Notes under the pieces: model-generated
Seen by the model: the letters and a program-made list of their open reading frames with translations, nothing else
Database searches by the model: none
What the model was told of the DNA's origin: nothing
Part shown: one piece after another, positions 1 through 12,306 of the stretch
Layout: each line of letters opens with the position of its first letter
Position numbering within the stretch: the stretch's first letter is position 1
Assembly (NCBI RefSeq): GCF_001194135.2
Contig: NC_068991.1
Coordinates: forward strand, 47,824,268-47,875,030
Direction of reading: 5' to 3'
From: Octopus bimaculoides
Lineage: Eukaryota
Length of the DNA stretch: 50,763 bases
Translations under genes and position numbers: made by a program

Positions 1-42
<42 letters not shown>

Positions 43-207
43 TACGACGGGCTTCTTTCAGTTTCCGTCTACCAAATACACTCACAAGGCTTTGGTCAGC
101 CTGAGGCTATAGTAGAAGACACTTGCCCAAGGTGCCACGCAGTGGGACTGAACCTGGAACCATGTGGTTTATAAGCAAGCTACTTACCACACAGCCACTC
201 CTACACC
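43..207 (-). mobile_element. tRNA-derived SINE family A, 5' head (octopus OR-type/CORE-like)
   Basis: Reverse complement of the family A head seen intact at 20178 (TGGCTGTGTGG A-box-like, GGTTCAGTCCC B-box-like). Confidence 0.85.
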
Positions 208-574
208 AATATTTATATACTATTATTTATAGCTTTATGTGATGTGCTTTGAGAGCCACTATTCCCCAAAAATAATTATTCCATATTCTCTTGAAAAATT
301 CTCTTATAAAATTCTTATGGGATCAACAAAAGAATTTGCATTTTAATTAATTTCAAAATAATCAAGAATATAAAGGATTTGGTAAAATTAGTCTTTTCAT
401 TAATTGGTTTTTGTTGTGGTTGTTTAGCCCAGAATTTAAAGTTAATTTTTTCATTAATTGGTTTACGTCATTGTTTAGCTCCAGACCATCTCTGACTGAA
501 TAGACATGTAATCAAATGAGTTCCAGATGTGTCCAATTCTGTCTTTTTGTATATCAAAGAAATTCAGCTTGTGA

Positions 575-1555
575 GTTTATATCAAAGGACCAGGTGAGCT
601 GATATCAAAGGACCAATGGAGATCTTTGGTAGGTTGATACTAAAGGAACAAAGGATATTTCAAATGGGATGATATCATAGGCCAAAAAGATAATTCAAAT
701 GGGCTAGTATTAAAGAGTGGAGGCGCAATGGCCCAGTGGTTAGGACAGCGAACTCGTGGTCATAGGATCGCGGTTTCGATTCCCAGACTGGGTGTTGTGA
801 GTGTTTATTGAGCGAAAACACCTAAAGCTCCACGAGGCTCCGGCAGGGGATGGTGGCGAGCCCTGCTGTACTCTTTCACCACAACTTTCTCTCACTCTTA
901 CTTCCTGTTTCTGTTGTACCTGTATTTCAAAGGGGCTAGCCTTGTCACACCGTGTCACGCTGAATATCCCCGAGAACTACGTTAAGGGTACATGTGTCTG
1001 TGGAGTGCTCAGCCACTTGCACATTAATTTCATGAGCAGGCTGTTCCGTTGATTGGATCAACTGGAATTCTTGATGTTGTAAGCGACGGAGTGCCAACAA
1101 CAGTATTAAAGACCTAGAGGATGGCTTTAATGGGCTGGTATCAAAGGCCTACAAGTTAACTCAAGTGGGCTGGCACCATAAGATCAGCAGATGTCTTGGG
1201 TGGGCTAGTATCATTGGATCAGAGAACGTCTCCAAAGGGCTGGTATTAAAGGCCCAGAGAATGTCTTAAACAGGTGGGTATCAAAGACCTAGAGAAGATT
1301 CCAAGTGGGCTGGTATCAAAAACTCAGAGGTCATCTCAAATGTACTGATATCAAAGGCCCAGAGAATGTCTTAAATGGGCTGGTATCAAGGGCCCTGAGA
1401 ATATCTCATGTGGGCTGGTATTGAGAGCTCAGTAGATAACTTAAGTGGGTTGGTGCCTAAGGCCAAGATGCTTTAAATGGGCTGGTATCAAAGGTCAAGA
1501 GGATATGCTCAATTGGACTAGTATCAAAACTCCAGAGCATGTCTCAGGTGATATC
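575..1555. repeat. Degenerate 35-bp minisatellite, consensus about AAATGGGCTGGTATCAAAGGCCCAGAGAATGTCTT, interrupted by a SINE
   Basis: The GGGC core recurs at a 35-nt period (units at 1131, 1166, 1201, 1236 and on); more diverged units left of the SINE. Confidence 0.85.
717..1101 (+). mobile_element. Full-length tRNA-derived SINE family C with (CAA)n tail
   Basis: tRNA-like head (TGGCCCAGTGG ... GGTTTCGATTCC); 11-bp TSD AGTATTAAAGA at 706-716 and 1102-1112; homologous copy at 24991-25386. Confidence 0.92.
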
Positions 1556-2331
1556 AAAAAGATTAACATATGATATTTTAGCAAAAACAGTTGTAGAAAT
1601 AATATTTTTTGCTTGTTTTATAATCCTTATTGTTAGCACTTTCATGTTGCTGAAGACTGGGTCTTTACATTTGCTGTATAAGACTGGCAATAACATTGTT
1701 TAATACCTGTTCACAATGTAAATTATTCTGCTTTATAGACTTAAAAGTTTTTTTTCATTTTTTCCAGCCAAAAATTTATGGAATTATTAATTAGTTAAAT
1801 TTTTGTGGTTGTTATTGTTGTTGGTGTATGTGCATGCATGTATATATGTGAATGTGTGTGTGTGTGTGTGTGCAAATGAGTATGAGAGTGTGTCTGTATG
1901 TGTGTGTGCGAGCATCAATGCATGTGTATAAGTGTGAGTGAATGTGTGTATATGTATATGAGAACATGCATGAATGTATGTGTGTGTGTGTGTGTACATT
2001 CAAGAGTGTATGTATGAGTGTAAGAGTATGTTTGTGTGTGAGAGTGTATGTTTGTGAAGGTGTATGCCAGCAAAAGTGTACACGTATATGTATATAGAAA
2101 TATATGTGTGTACATATGATGATTTCCATTACCTATATACACAAGCATCTTGCTAAGTCATTACTGAACAATCTCTTTGCTCTCTACCTGTTTACCGATG
2201 TTATATAATTAGGATTATATGATGAAGTGGTACCATCACATGACAAAATCAGTGACTATTTAGATCCTGTAATGAACAGATCATGTCTTTTACATCTCTT
2301 GTTTGTTTAGCTTGGGTTTTTAATTCAAAAG

Positions 2332-2376
<45 letters not shown>

Positions 2377-3001
2377 CATATATATATATATATATCGTTG
2401 ACCAAGGACTATTCAATTTTTTTTCTCTGTGTTTTTCTCCTTGTTTTCTCCGTATTCTTTCTGTTGAAGAGCGTAGCTCGAAATGTTAAAGACTTTCTGT
2501 ATTCCCAAGCGTCAAACTAATACATCCTTTTGTTGTTTACACNNNNNNNNNNNNNNNNNNNNNNNNNNNNNNNNNNNNNNNNNNNNNNNNNNNNNNNNNN
2601 NNNNNNNNNNNNNNNNNNNNNNNNNNNNNNNNNNNNNNNNNNNNNNNNNNNNNNNNNNNNNNNNNNNNNNNNNNNNNNNNNNNNNNNNNNNNNNNNNNNN
2701 NNNNNNNNNNNNNNNNNNNNNNNNNNNNNNNNNNNNNNNNNNNNNNNNNNNNNNNNNNNNNNNNNNNNNNNNNNNNNNNNNNNNNNNNNNNNNNNNNNNN
2801 NNNNNNNNNNNNNNNNNNNNNNNNNNNNNNNNNNNNNNNNNNNNNNNNNNTATATATATATATATAATACATAATACATACATATATGCAAATACACACA
2901 CACATATATATATATATATAGAGAGAGAGAGGTGGGGAGGGAGAAAGAGAGTATATATTTATTTTGTCCTTTTATGAAATTAAATCCCTTGGTTACATCA
3001 G

Positions 3002-3075
3002 AAAGTTTATTTATGGCAGAACAACCTGGAACAACGAATGAAATGCCTGGTTTCACCATCGTTACAGCTCATCAG
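3002..3075 (+). CDS. Putative internal exon A of an unidentified gene: (x)SLFMAEQPGTTNEMPGFTIVTAHQ
   Basis: Unique non-repeat sequence with tacatcAG acceptor and CAG|GTttgg donor; phase 1 to 0; joins exon B in frame. The frame is open further upstream, so the 5' boundary is uncertain. Confidence 0.6.
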
Positions 3076-3323
3076 GTTTGGCTCACCTCACACTGCTACC
3101 TAAGCTACCAAACATTAATGGTGGAAAGCATAAACAGCATTATATGCCGAGAACAATACATTAACGTTGTTGCTGTTCAAGTTTAAACCTAGATCAACAC
3201 TGGTCCCTCAGATCTGTGATCAAAACTATCAATGCATTCCAGCAGTGATTTCCTGTTTTCATCTTATGAGTAAAACCCCCTGGGATCATATTGTCCAACA
3301 TGCACTTTTCTAAGACTATAGAC

Positions 3324-3560
3324 CAGTGGTTCCCAAACTATTTCAGGCTGCTGCCTCCTTGACACCCAGGCCACATTTTTAGCACCCCCACTCCCACTTA
3401 CCACCACAAACATAGACCACCTCTTAGTTTTCTTCACCATAGATAAGAGTCTACAGCAGTGGTTCCCAAAGTGGGTGGTACTGCTCCTTTGGGGTATGTG
3501 AAAAGATCCAAGAGGGTGCTGAAGAAAAGTGGTGGGGGGGGGCGATAATGGGGTGGCCTA
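3324..3560. mobile_element. Two hAT/Charlie-type MITE termini (CAGTGGTTCCCAAA at 3324 and 3457)
   Basis: Terminal motif typical of hAT-Charlie MITEs; partner ends not clearly found. Similar end at about 20016. Confidence 0.45.
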
Positions 3561-3656
3561 AAGGGAGCAATGATTGTAAAAACAACAAAATATTGGGTTA
3601 AGTTTAGTTTTATTTGTGAAATAAAGTTGGTTTGAATTTGACACAGATCTTTGGGA

Positions 3657-3887
3657 CTAGTGTTGTCTGGAAAGTTTGTGCCGATTCATAGTAGCTTACC
3701 TTTCGACGTATTTGCCATGAAACCACCTCAATTCTGGGAAGAGGGTATTTTCAAATTAAAGGAAAGATGGAGATGCATTGTGCAACAAAATGGTTCATAT
3801 TTGGTTGATTAAAAATGTAATGGCAAATATTTATTGACCTTTTTCTTTCCTTTAAAAATCGGCACGGACTTTCCGGACAACCCAATA
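3657..3887 (+). mobile_element. Internally deleted mariner element
   Basis: About 30-bp imperfect TIRs (3657-3686; 3858-3887 ATCGGCACGGACTTTCCGGACAACCCAATA) flanking the transposase C-terminus DVFAMKPPQFWEEGIFKLKERWRCIVQQNGSYLVD* (3705-3812). Confidence 0.85.
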
Positions 3888-5798
3888 TTTACAATCTCAG
3901 AGTTGAAGGTGAGACTGTGGTGTAGTGATGTGATTGTAGTGTGGTGGTGAAGTTGTAGTAGAAGAAACAGAAAGAAAACCCAGTAGATCTGTGAGCTAGT
4001 GATTGTGGTGCGATAATTCCATTATAGTATAATGGAATTTGTACACAAAACGACTATGATGACGATGATGACAATGACGATGACGACGATTATGATGACG
4101 ATCATGATTATGATGACAATGAGGATGACAACAATGACAATAAGGAAAGTATGCAGCTTATTCAGACATTTGAATAAGTTACATCCTCGGTGGAATTTTG
4201 AAATAAAACCATATAACGTGTGTGTCCCTATGTGTGTGCATGTGTGTGTTGTGTGTGTGTAATGTTATATGCACCACAATTCACAAAAAAAAGGAGAGTA
4301 CTCTACATATAGTAAACAGGACATATTTGTTTAACTTGAGTAAAATTTTTCTAAGTATGATATTATTTACATATTCAATATATGCTTTCATTAAAATATG
4401 TGAAACTTGTGTACATGTGTATTTGTAATTCATATAATGGTTTTGGAGATTTCAGATTGAGATAAAATGTGCTTATCTTGGTCTATCTGTGTGTGGTTTC
4501 ACCACCTGCTAGAAATAGAAAGGTTTAATTACATTACATCATCATTAACACACTGTTACAATTGTTATTGTTGTTATTATTGAAAGTGGTGGTGGTGGTG
4601 GTGGTGGTGGTGGTGGCGGCGGTGTGATGTTACCTGCTCTTTCAAATACTAGTTTTGAAAGGGTGACTTACTACACATATATGTACACGTCTACACATAC
4701 TGAGTGCATATGTACACCCACTGTGCATGTGTACATAATGAGCACATGCAGGTGTGCACTATCTCTCCCTCTCCAGACACAGACACATGCACAAACACAC
4801 ACATATGCTTATGTTCACCTCTTGCCATACACATTTATACACAGATATACACACACGCACACAGTCACAGCTTACACATGCAAGTTCAAAATCACACAAA
4901 CACAAATATGCCCATACACATTTATAGATATAGACACAGAAACGCACACACACACATGTTCATAAAAACATACACGTATATATTCACACAAAGACATACA
5001 TGTTCACACATGCACACATAAACACGTTCAGAAACACACAAGCACATTCACAGACATGCATATGCATACATAGATACAATCACACACACACACACACACA
5101 CATGCATAGAGATGTGTGAATATACTAAGATAAAGAGAAACTAAAAGCTCATAAAAGTGAAAGAGAACCAGCTGGAAATGTGATTGCAGTTAAAAGTAAT
5201 GAAATTCCATCATGAACTGCCATTAGGGTGGCAAGTAAGGCTACTTAATCTGCTAAAAATCAAAATCAAATCTCCCTCAAATTACAATACACCAGCTGGA
5301 AATATTGAAGGACGCATTCAAAATTGTAATACTAGACACCTCTTAAAACATGAAAGGATAGTCTCAGCTGGAATGTCAGATCATAAACCTGTCCAGTTAG
5401 AGCTGGCCTGGGGTTAGACAACAACAACAGCCTGTAGGGTGAAATGTGAGGGAGATACAGCTGCTATTTCTAGAATGATCATGTACAGATTTAAAACCAA
5501 GACAGACAGACAGACACACAATCTCTGCTGAAACACACCCTGCTGTCTAAGACAAAAACCAAAACAACACAGTTGTAAATATACCACATCTGAATAAAAA
5601 ATATTGGATGGGAATGATTGGAGTGTTTTCAGTCATGGATCTAATGTTTGCCAATTTCAGCCTAAAAAAAATAACAGTAACAACCCTACCACCACCACCA
5701 CCAACATCATTTAGGAGCTCATTTTTCTCATTTAGCTCCTTCCTGTCTCTTATCCAACCTCCTCAATTACTAAACCAACATAGATTTCTCAACATGTA

Positions 5799-6051
5799 GT
5801 GGTGGTGGTGGTGGTGTGGATGGTTGTGTTGATGTTCGGGGGGGTAGTTGTTTGAATGCAGGTGGTTGTAGTGATGATGGTGGTGGTGGTGATGATGATA
5901 ATGGTGATACTGGTGATGATGATGGTAATTGAAGTGATGGTGGTGGTAGTAGTAGTAGTAATGTTGGGAGCAGTAGTAGTGACGGTGGTAGTGGTTGTTG
6001 GGTGTTATGTTAATATTAGTGATGACACTGATGGTAATGGTAGTGATGATA

Positions 6052-6091
<40 letters not shown>

Positions 6092-6332
6092 GGTGGTGGT
6101 GGTGGTGGTAGTAGTAGTAGTGGTGGTGGTGGTGATAGTTGTAGCAGTAGCAGCAGGGGTGGTGGTGGTAGTAGTAGTAGTGGTGGTGGTGGTGATAGAG
6201 GTAGTAGTAGCAGCAGGGGTGGTGGTGGTAGTGGTAGTATTAGTAGTAGTAGTAGTAGTATCAGCAGCAGGGGTGGTGGTGGTGGTGGTGGTGGTGGTCG
6301 TCGTCGTCGTCGTAGTAGTAGTACAGTAGCAG
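5799..6332. repeat. Compound trinucleotide microsatellite (GGT/GAT/AGT/AGC/CGT)n
   Basis: Direct reading; source of the spurious poly-V, poly-T and poly-P ORFs. Confidence 0.95.
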
Positions 6333-6663
6333 CAGTGTGAAATTCTGGTATAAGTTGACATGGGACAATTATTCCCAACAGTGGTTGACAGTTGCTATGG
6401 TAATGGATATCAATACAAAAAGCTGGAGTGCATGGCTATTGACTTCTCAGCAACATATTTCAGTAACGCTAATATCACCACCACCACCACCACCACCACC
6501 ATCAGTAGCAGATTACGGCATCAAGGGAGTAGGAGGGTGTCTTTAAAAAAAAACGTACAAATAATAAGATGTGCACCATAAAAGTTAGAGGCAGAAAGTA
6601 AGTCCTTGGTTGAGAATAAATGCACAGGATGGACTGGATTTTTTAAATATATTTTGATTTAAT

Positions 6664-6880
6664 TTCTTTTACTTTTATTTGTTTCAGTCCTCTGACTGTG
6701 GTCATGCTGGAGCACTGCCTTTAGTTAAGCAAATCGAGCCCAGGTCTTATTCTTTGTAAGCCTAGTACTTATTCTGTTGGTCTCTTTTGCAGAACCACTA
6801 AGTTATGGGGATGTAAACACACCAGCATCGGTTGTCAAGCGATGTTGGGGGGGACAAACACACACATATATGTGTGTGTG
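6664..6880 (-). mobile_element. SINE family A 3' tail fragment
   Basis: Reverse complement of 20380-20588. Confidence 0.8.
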
Positions 6881-7149
6881 CTTTCGTTATGTCTCTTGAA
6901 ATACTTTTGAAAAATGGTGTAAATGTCACCATATTCAACTTATCCCTTCTTCTTAAATCTGTTACACTTCATGCTTACATGGAGAAGACAACACATAGAG
7001 AGTCTCATATGTTCTCAGGACTTTATGGAACGAGATGTGTTTTTTGATAAAAATTGGTAAGGGAGCACTCTTGACTGACTCCTTCTTTCTTGTCACCCAT
7101 ACTGTATTCACTCTGGACCTCTACTGACACATTTATACCCAGTCTTACT

Positions 7150-7680
7150 TCTCAGAACACATCAGCCCTTCTTGGAATAGATCAGCCCTTCACAAAACAC
7201 ATCAGCCCTTCAAGGAACACATCAGCCCTTCTCAGACACATCAGCCCTTCACTGAACACATCAGCCCTTCACTGAACACATCAGCCCTTCACGGAACACA
7301 TCAGCCCTTCACTGAACACATCAGCCCTTCACGGAACACATCAGCCCTTCACGGAACACATCAGCCCTTCANNNNNNNNNNNNNNNNNNNNNNNNNNNNN
7401 NNNNNNNNNNNNNNNNNNNNNNNNNNNNNNNNNNNNNNNNNNNNNNNNNACACATCAGCCCTTCTCGGAACACATCAGCCCTTCTCGGAACACATCAGCC
7501 CTTCTCGGAACATCAGTTCTTCACGGAACACATCAGCCCTTCACAGAACACATCAGCCCTTCTTGGAACATATCAGCCCTTTTCGGAACACATCAGCCCT
7601 TCTCGGAACACATCAGCCCTTCTCGGAACACATCAGCCCTTCTCGGAACACATCAGCCCTTCTTGGAACACATCAGCCCA
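7150..7680. repeat. 20-bp minisatellite CACATCAGCCCTTC(A/T)C(G/T)GAA, spanning an N gap (7372-7449)
   Basis: Exact 20-nt period visible at 7261-7371 and 7450-7680. Confidence 0.95.
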
Positions 7681-8475
7681 TTGATATCCTTTCCTGTAAA
7701 TTGTTTTCTTTCTTTTCTTTTTCTGTAGCTGTCAGCTTGCAATAGTTCAAATTGAATATTAACAGCATCAATTCCAGGAAGGCCTAAGAAGGACATAGGC
7801 ATATCCCTTTTCTTCTAAACCAAACCAATGCAAAAATCTTACACAGAACATATGCGCTAAAACATACGCAGTAACATACACACACACACTTACACGCATG
7901 CATACACTCTTACATACTTACATACACACATAATGTGGAACTCCAGCCCCAACCCATCTAAATCAACATATGCATTGTGAATGAGTGAGTTAGATAAAAA
8001 GGGAGGAACCTACTGTATGTTTAGATAATCTTTATGTGTGTGTGTGTTTGTTTGTTTGTCTGTATGTATGTATAAATGTATGTAGGTGTACATACGTAAG
8101 TTATGTCTCAAATATCAGTTCTCAGCCAAAATATTGCATCTCCTCAACAACAATCATTCGTTGTTTTAACCCAAAATAGTACCAAAGCTTAATCATTACA
8201 TTTTTTAATTTTTTTATTGTATATCTTTAAAGGTCATGTCCCAGTATGTCCACAGTCCAGGGACTGAAAGCAGTGAAAAATAAAATAAACTTAATTTTTG
8301 TTTCCAATATAGAACAAAAATTTATCACTGGTCATTTTGACTAGGTCTCAACCAATAGCCTAAATAATTGGTGCTTCGTAACTCAGTCACTGATGCTATC
8401 TTATCTCTATGGCTGAGAGATATAATTCTTTGCTGGTGAGCTAATGAGAAAGAGCTTCTACACAATCATAAGCCC

Positions 8476-8668
8476 TGCTGGAAATTACAACCAAATTTTC
8501 CCTCAAATCATACTCTACCGTTTAAAAAAAAAAACAGCTTACAAACTGAAAGGTGTATTGGATAATGTACTCCTGTAAACACTGAGAAAAAGATGGGATA
8601 GTCATGGCTGGAGGTTTAATCACAGCTCTATTTCAATCAGATCTGTTCAGGGTCTAAACAACAACAAC
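8476..8668 (+). mobile_element. Dispersed repeat family G (CTAGAAATAGCAGCCAAATCTCCCTCAAAT ... GGGCTAAACAACAAC), probable retroposon
   Basis: Diverged homologues at about 5270-5430, 16995-17170, 36040-36300 and 40400-40680, reversed at about 410-545 and 5440-5480; (CAA)n tail. Class not established. Confidence 0.55.
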
Positions 8669-8716
8669 ATTAACAATTCTATTCTTTGTTGGCTCAGTCT
8701 ATCAGACTGTAAATAG

Positions 8717-8781
8717 CAACATATATCTGCTGTGAGTGAACAGGAATACATCTTAGTTGAAACACCTGTTACCTTGCAGTG
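8717..8781 (+). CDS. Putative internal exon B: QHISAVSEQEYILVETPVTLQ(W)
   Basis: Canonical TG|GTGAGT donor, weak aaatAG acceptor; phase 0 to 2. The terminal TG plus the first G of exon C gives Trp. Confidence 0.6.
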
Positions 8782-8865
8782 GTGAGTATTGAAATCGTCT
8801 GAAGAGTATTAAAACATAGAGAGTTGACAGATTCTACTAGGCTGACTTACCAAAAAGTTTTCAAC

Positions 8866-8899
<34 letters not shown>

Positions 8900-9410
8900 C
8901 CTTTCTACTGAAAGCACAAGGCCTGAAATTTTGTGGGAGGAGACTAGATAACTACATCAATCTTAGTGTTTCACTGGTACTTAATTTATTGACCCCGAAA
9001 GGATGAAAGGCAAAGTTGACCTTGGTGGTATTTGAACTCTGAATGTAAAGATGGACAAAATGCTTATTGGCATTTTGTCCAGCATGCTAATGATTGTGCC
9101 AGCTTGCCACCTTAATAATAATAATAAACAATAATGATAATAAACAATAATAATAATAAACAATAATAAACAATAATGATAATAATGGTTTCATATTTTT
9201 GGCATAAGGCCAGCAATTTCAGAGGAGGGTGTCAGGTGATTACATCGACCCCTACCCCCACCCCACCTACCCTAGTGTTGAACTGGTACTTATTTTATCA
9301 ACTCTTAAAGGATGACAGGCAAAGCCAATCTTGACAGAACTCAGAACGTAAAGGTGGACAAAATGCATTTTGCCTGGTGTGCTAACGATTCTGTCAGCTT
9401 ACTGCCATAA
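8900..9410 (-). mobile_element. Two tandem SINE family B copies embedded in (TAA)n
   Basis: Reverse complement of the 47836 consensus (GAGTTCAAAT..GGTCGACTTTGCCTTTCATCCTTTCGGGGTCGAT); (TAA)n flanks. Confidence 0.85.
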
Positions 9411-9977
9411 TAATAATAATAATGTGCTTAATGTATACAGTGCTCAAGTGCATTAGAGCTCAGTAGGAAAAGGTTAAAAGAGGAGGCAGATGGCTGACAT
9501 ATATGTCAAATAAAGAAAGACAGCAATGAAAGCTATGCACAGTACAGTGAATAAATCACAAAAAGACAAAAAAAGCAAACAGTAAAAGAGTCATAAAGAG
9601 GACAGGATGCCATAGGTATCACAAGAGTAGTGTTGATGAATTTCACTAAGCATGGAGTTTTTGATGGATACAGTGTCCTGACAGCTTTGTCAATTCTGAG
9701 TGTGGGTTGTTGGAGTGGGGGGGAAACAAAGTTTCTGAAAGTCATGGGCGCTGTGCTATTTTTTTGATTTTATAAGCATGTCTACAGACATACTGAATTC
9801 AAAAATAGTGGTTCAAGTTGTTGCTGGGAGGATGGTGAATAACGGTATATAGAACTCATCAGCTCAATTATTTGTTATACTGAAATATAAGGAAAGCAGT
9901 TTTGCATCAAATCCAGGGAGAGCCAAAAGTTATGAAGGGGTCTGAAATTTTAATAAAGTTTTTCAATTAAAATTTGC

Positions 9978-10200
9978 TACTTTCTTTTTTTGTTCTTTTA
10001 CTGGGTTTCAGTCTGTAGACTGCATCCATGCTGGAGCACTTCCTTGAAGTATTTTAGTCAAGCAAATTGATCCCTAATATTTATTTTATTTTTTTAAAGC
10101 CTGTTACTTATTCTATCACTCTCTTTTTGTTGTATTGCTATGTTATGGGGACATAAACATACCAGCACCAGTTGTGAAGCAGTGGAGGAGACAAACCTAG

Positions 10201-10245
<45 letters not shown>

Positions 10246-10412
10246 TGCGTGATGAGCTTCTTTCAGTTTCCATCTACCAAAATTCACTCATATGGCTTTT
10301 GTTGGCTTGAGGCTATTGTAGAAGACATTGTGTACCACACTACACAGTGGGACTGAACCTAGAACCATGTGGTTGGAAAGCAAACTTCTTACCACACAAC
10401 CATGCCTGTGCC
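9978..10412 (-). mobile_element. Full-length SINE family A, older copy
   Basis: Head, internal (TG)n and tail all match 20178-20588. Confidence 0.85.
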
Positions 10413-10939
10413 TAATATTTAAGAAAAATAGAAAGAAAAAATTTTTAAAAATTTATTTTTAAACCTTTTTGTAATTTGTAGCCCACCCTGTACAACATAA
10501 ATTTTGTGTATTACAAAAATTGATAACATATCAGTTTGTCCAATGTTCTATACTATATGTGATATATATGATATCCTATGTACAATATTAAGTGCAAATA
10601 TTAATCATGGGTAAAGTATTTTTTGACTTGTATGCAGTTAACTCATGGCTAATGCGATAAACATATCTCCTTTCGAAATATAATATTACAGACATAAAGA
10701 TATTGTCGTAACAATAGTTTGTGTTGGCCTAGTTAGCTCTGGCAAAAGAGAGTTATGTCAAAGTAACCAAGAGTACTATTGGAGACAGGACATGTTCACT
10801 TCATGTTACTAATAGCTACACTATTTTAAATTACTTTAATTCTTTTCCAATTATTTATAAGCATGCTGTACTATCGTTAAAACATATGGCAGTTATTTTA
10901 CACAACCACATTTAAATTAAGCTTACTATAATGCCCTTT

Positions 10940-11385
10940 ACCAGGTACAAGCATGGTTGTGTGGTTAAGAAGTTTGCTTCCCAGCAACATGGTTTTGGGT
11001 TCAGTTCTATTGCATGGTACTTTGGACAAGTTTCTTCTATTACAACCTCAGACTGACCGAAACCTTGAGTGAATTTGATAGATGAAAACTGAAAGAAGCT
11101 CATCATATATAAATGTGTGTATCATCTATGTGTGAGTATGTGTTGGTGTGTGTGTGTCAGTGTTTCCCTGCCTCAACATCATGTGATAACTGTAAATGAG
11201 CATCAATGTCACACAAGTAGTGTTCTTCATTCTCAGTGTTTCATGAAAAATATCTGGCCACAGGGAAACAGAGGAGGTGGGTGGCGAGAAGTAGGGCATG
11301 AAACTTTAAAAAACCTGTCTCAATGAATCTCATCACATCTTTGAGAACATGAAAAATTGGACATTAAAACGATGATGATGATGAT
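10940..11385 (+). mobile_element. SINE: family A head with (GAT)n-type tail
   Basis: Head like 20178; ends GGACATTAAAACGATGATGATG. Similar copies at 13340-13740 (-) and 41915-42295 (+). Confidence 0.7.
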
Positions 11386-11698
11386 ATTCTTTCACTGATT
11401 TCAATCCCGGGATGCAGAGAAGGTGTGGTACCATTCTCACAGGAATGAGTTGATTATATCAACTCAAGTATTTCACTGGTATATACCTTATCAATCTTAG
11501 TCTTTATATCAGTATTAATAATTCATCTATAAAGTTCATGTATGAAGCCATATGGTTAAGGAATCCATACTGTAAGCATGTTGTTCCATGTTCAATCTTA
11601 CTACATAGCATGTTGGGCAAGGATCATCTGCCATGGCCTTGGGTTGACCAATATTATGAGAGTGGATTTTGGTAGAAGTGAAACTGTAGAGAGAGAGA

Positions 11699-11737
<39 letters not shown>

Positions 11738-12250
11738 TAACATTATCTTTTAAATAATTACTTCTGAAATAAATGACTTCAATCAAATATCCAATCATAT
11801 TGTTTGTTCCTGCTTTTTTTTTTTAAGTAAGTTACTAATTATGAGAACCTGTAGAAGATAATTCCATATTTGTACTTCAACACCACTAACACTTCTCCTT
11901 TACATTTATAAATATACATACATATACATGTGGTTGAAATAGCTGCATATTCCAGATTCCATCTCTTCCTCTTCTGCCATTGTATTGTATCCCATCTTCG
12001 TGAACAAAACACACACAAATGTGTGTGTGTGTGTGTTGTGAGTGTGTGTGTGTTGTGAGTGTGTGTGTGTGTTGTGAGTGTGTGTGTGTGTTGTGAGTGT
12101 GTGTGTGTTAATAAATAAGTCTTATCAATATAAGTTATTATTAGCTTTATATATATATATAAACATACTTATACAGGTATGGTTGTACAAACAGGATAAA
12201 ACAAACTCAAAACATGCATATAAAAATAACAAATGACACACACATACAAA

Positions 12251-12306
<56 letters not shown>

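Noticed and set aside
717-800. tRNA genes at SINE heads (also 20178, 47836)
   Set aside because: They continue into SINE bodies with tails and TSDs; no complete cloverleaf.
7150-7680. CRISPR-like array
   Set aside because: Contiguous 20-bp units with no unique spacers, no cas genes, eukaryotic context.
7729-7800. Exon after a strong pyrimidine tract and AG
   Set aside because: All three frames stop quickly and there is no good donor.
9789-9835. Exon candidate with GTGAAT donor between exons B and C
   Set aside because: Joining to exon B creates TGA and the phases do not fit.
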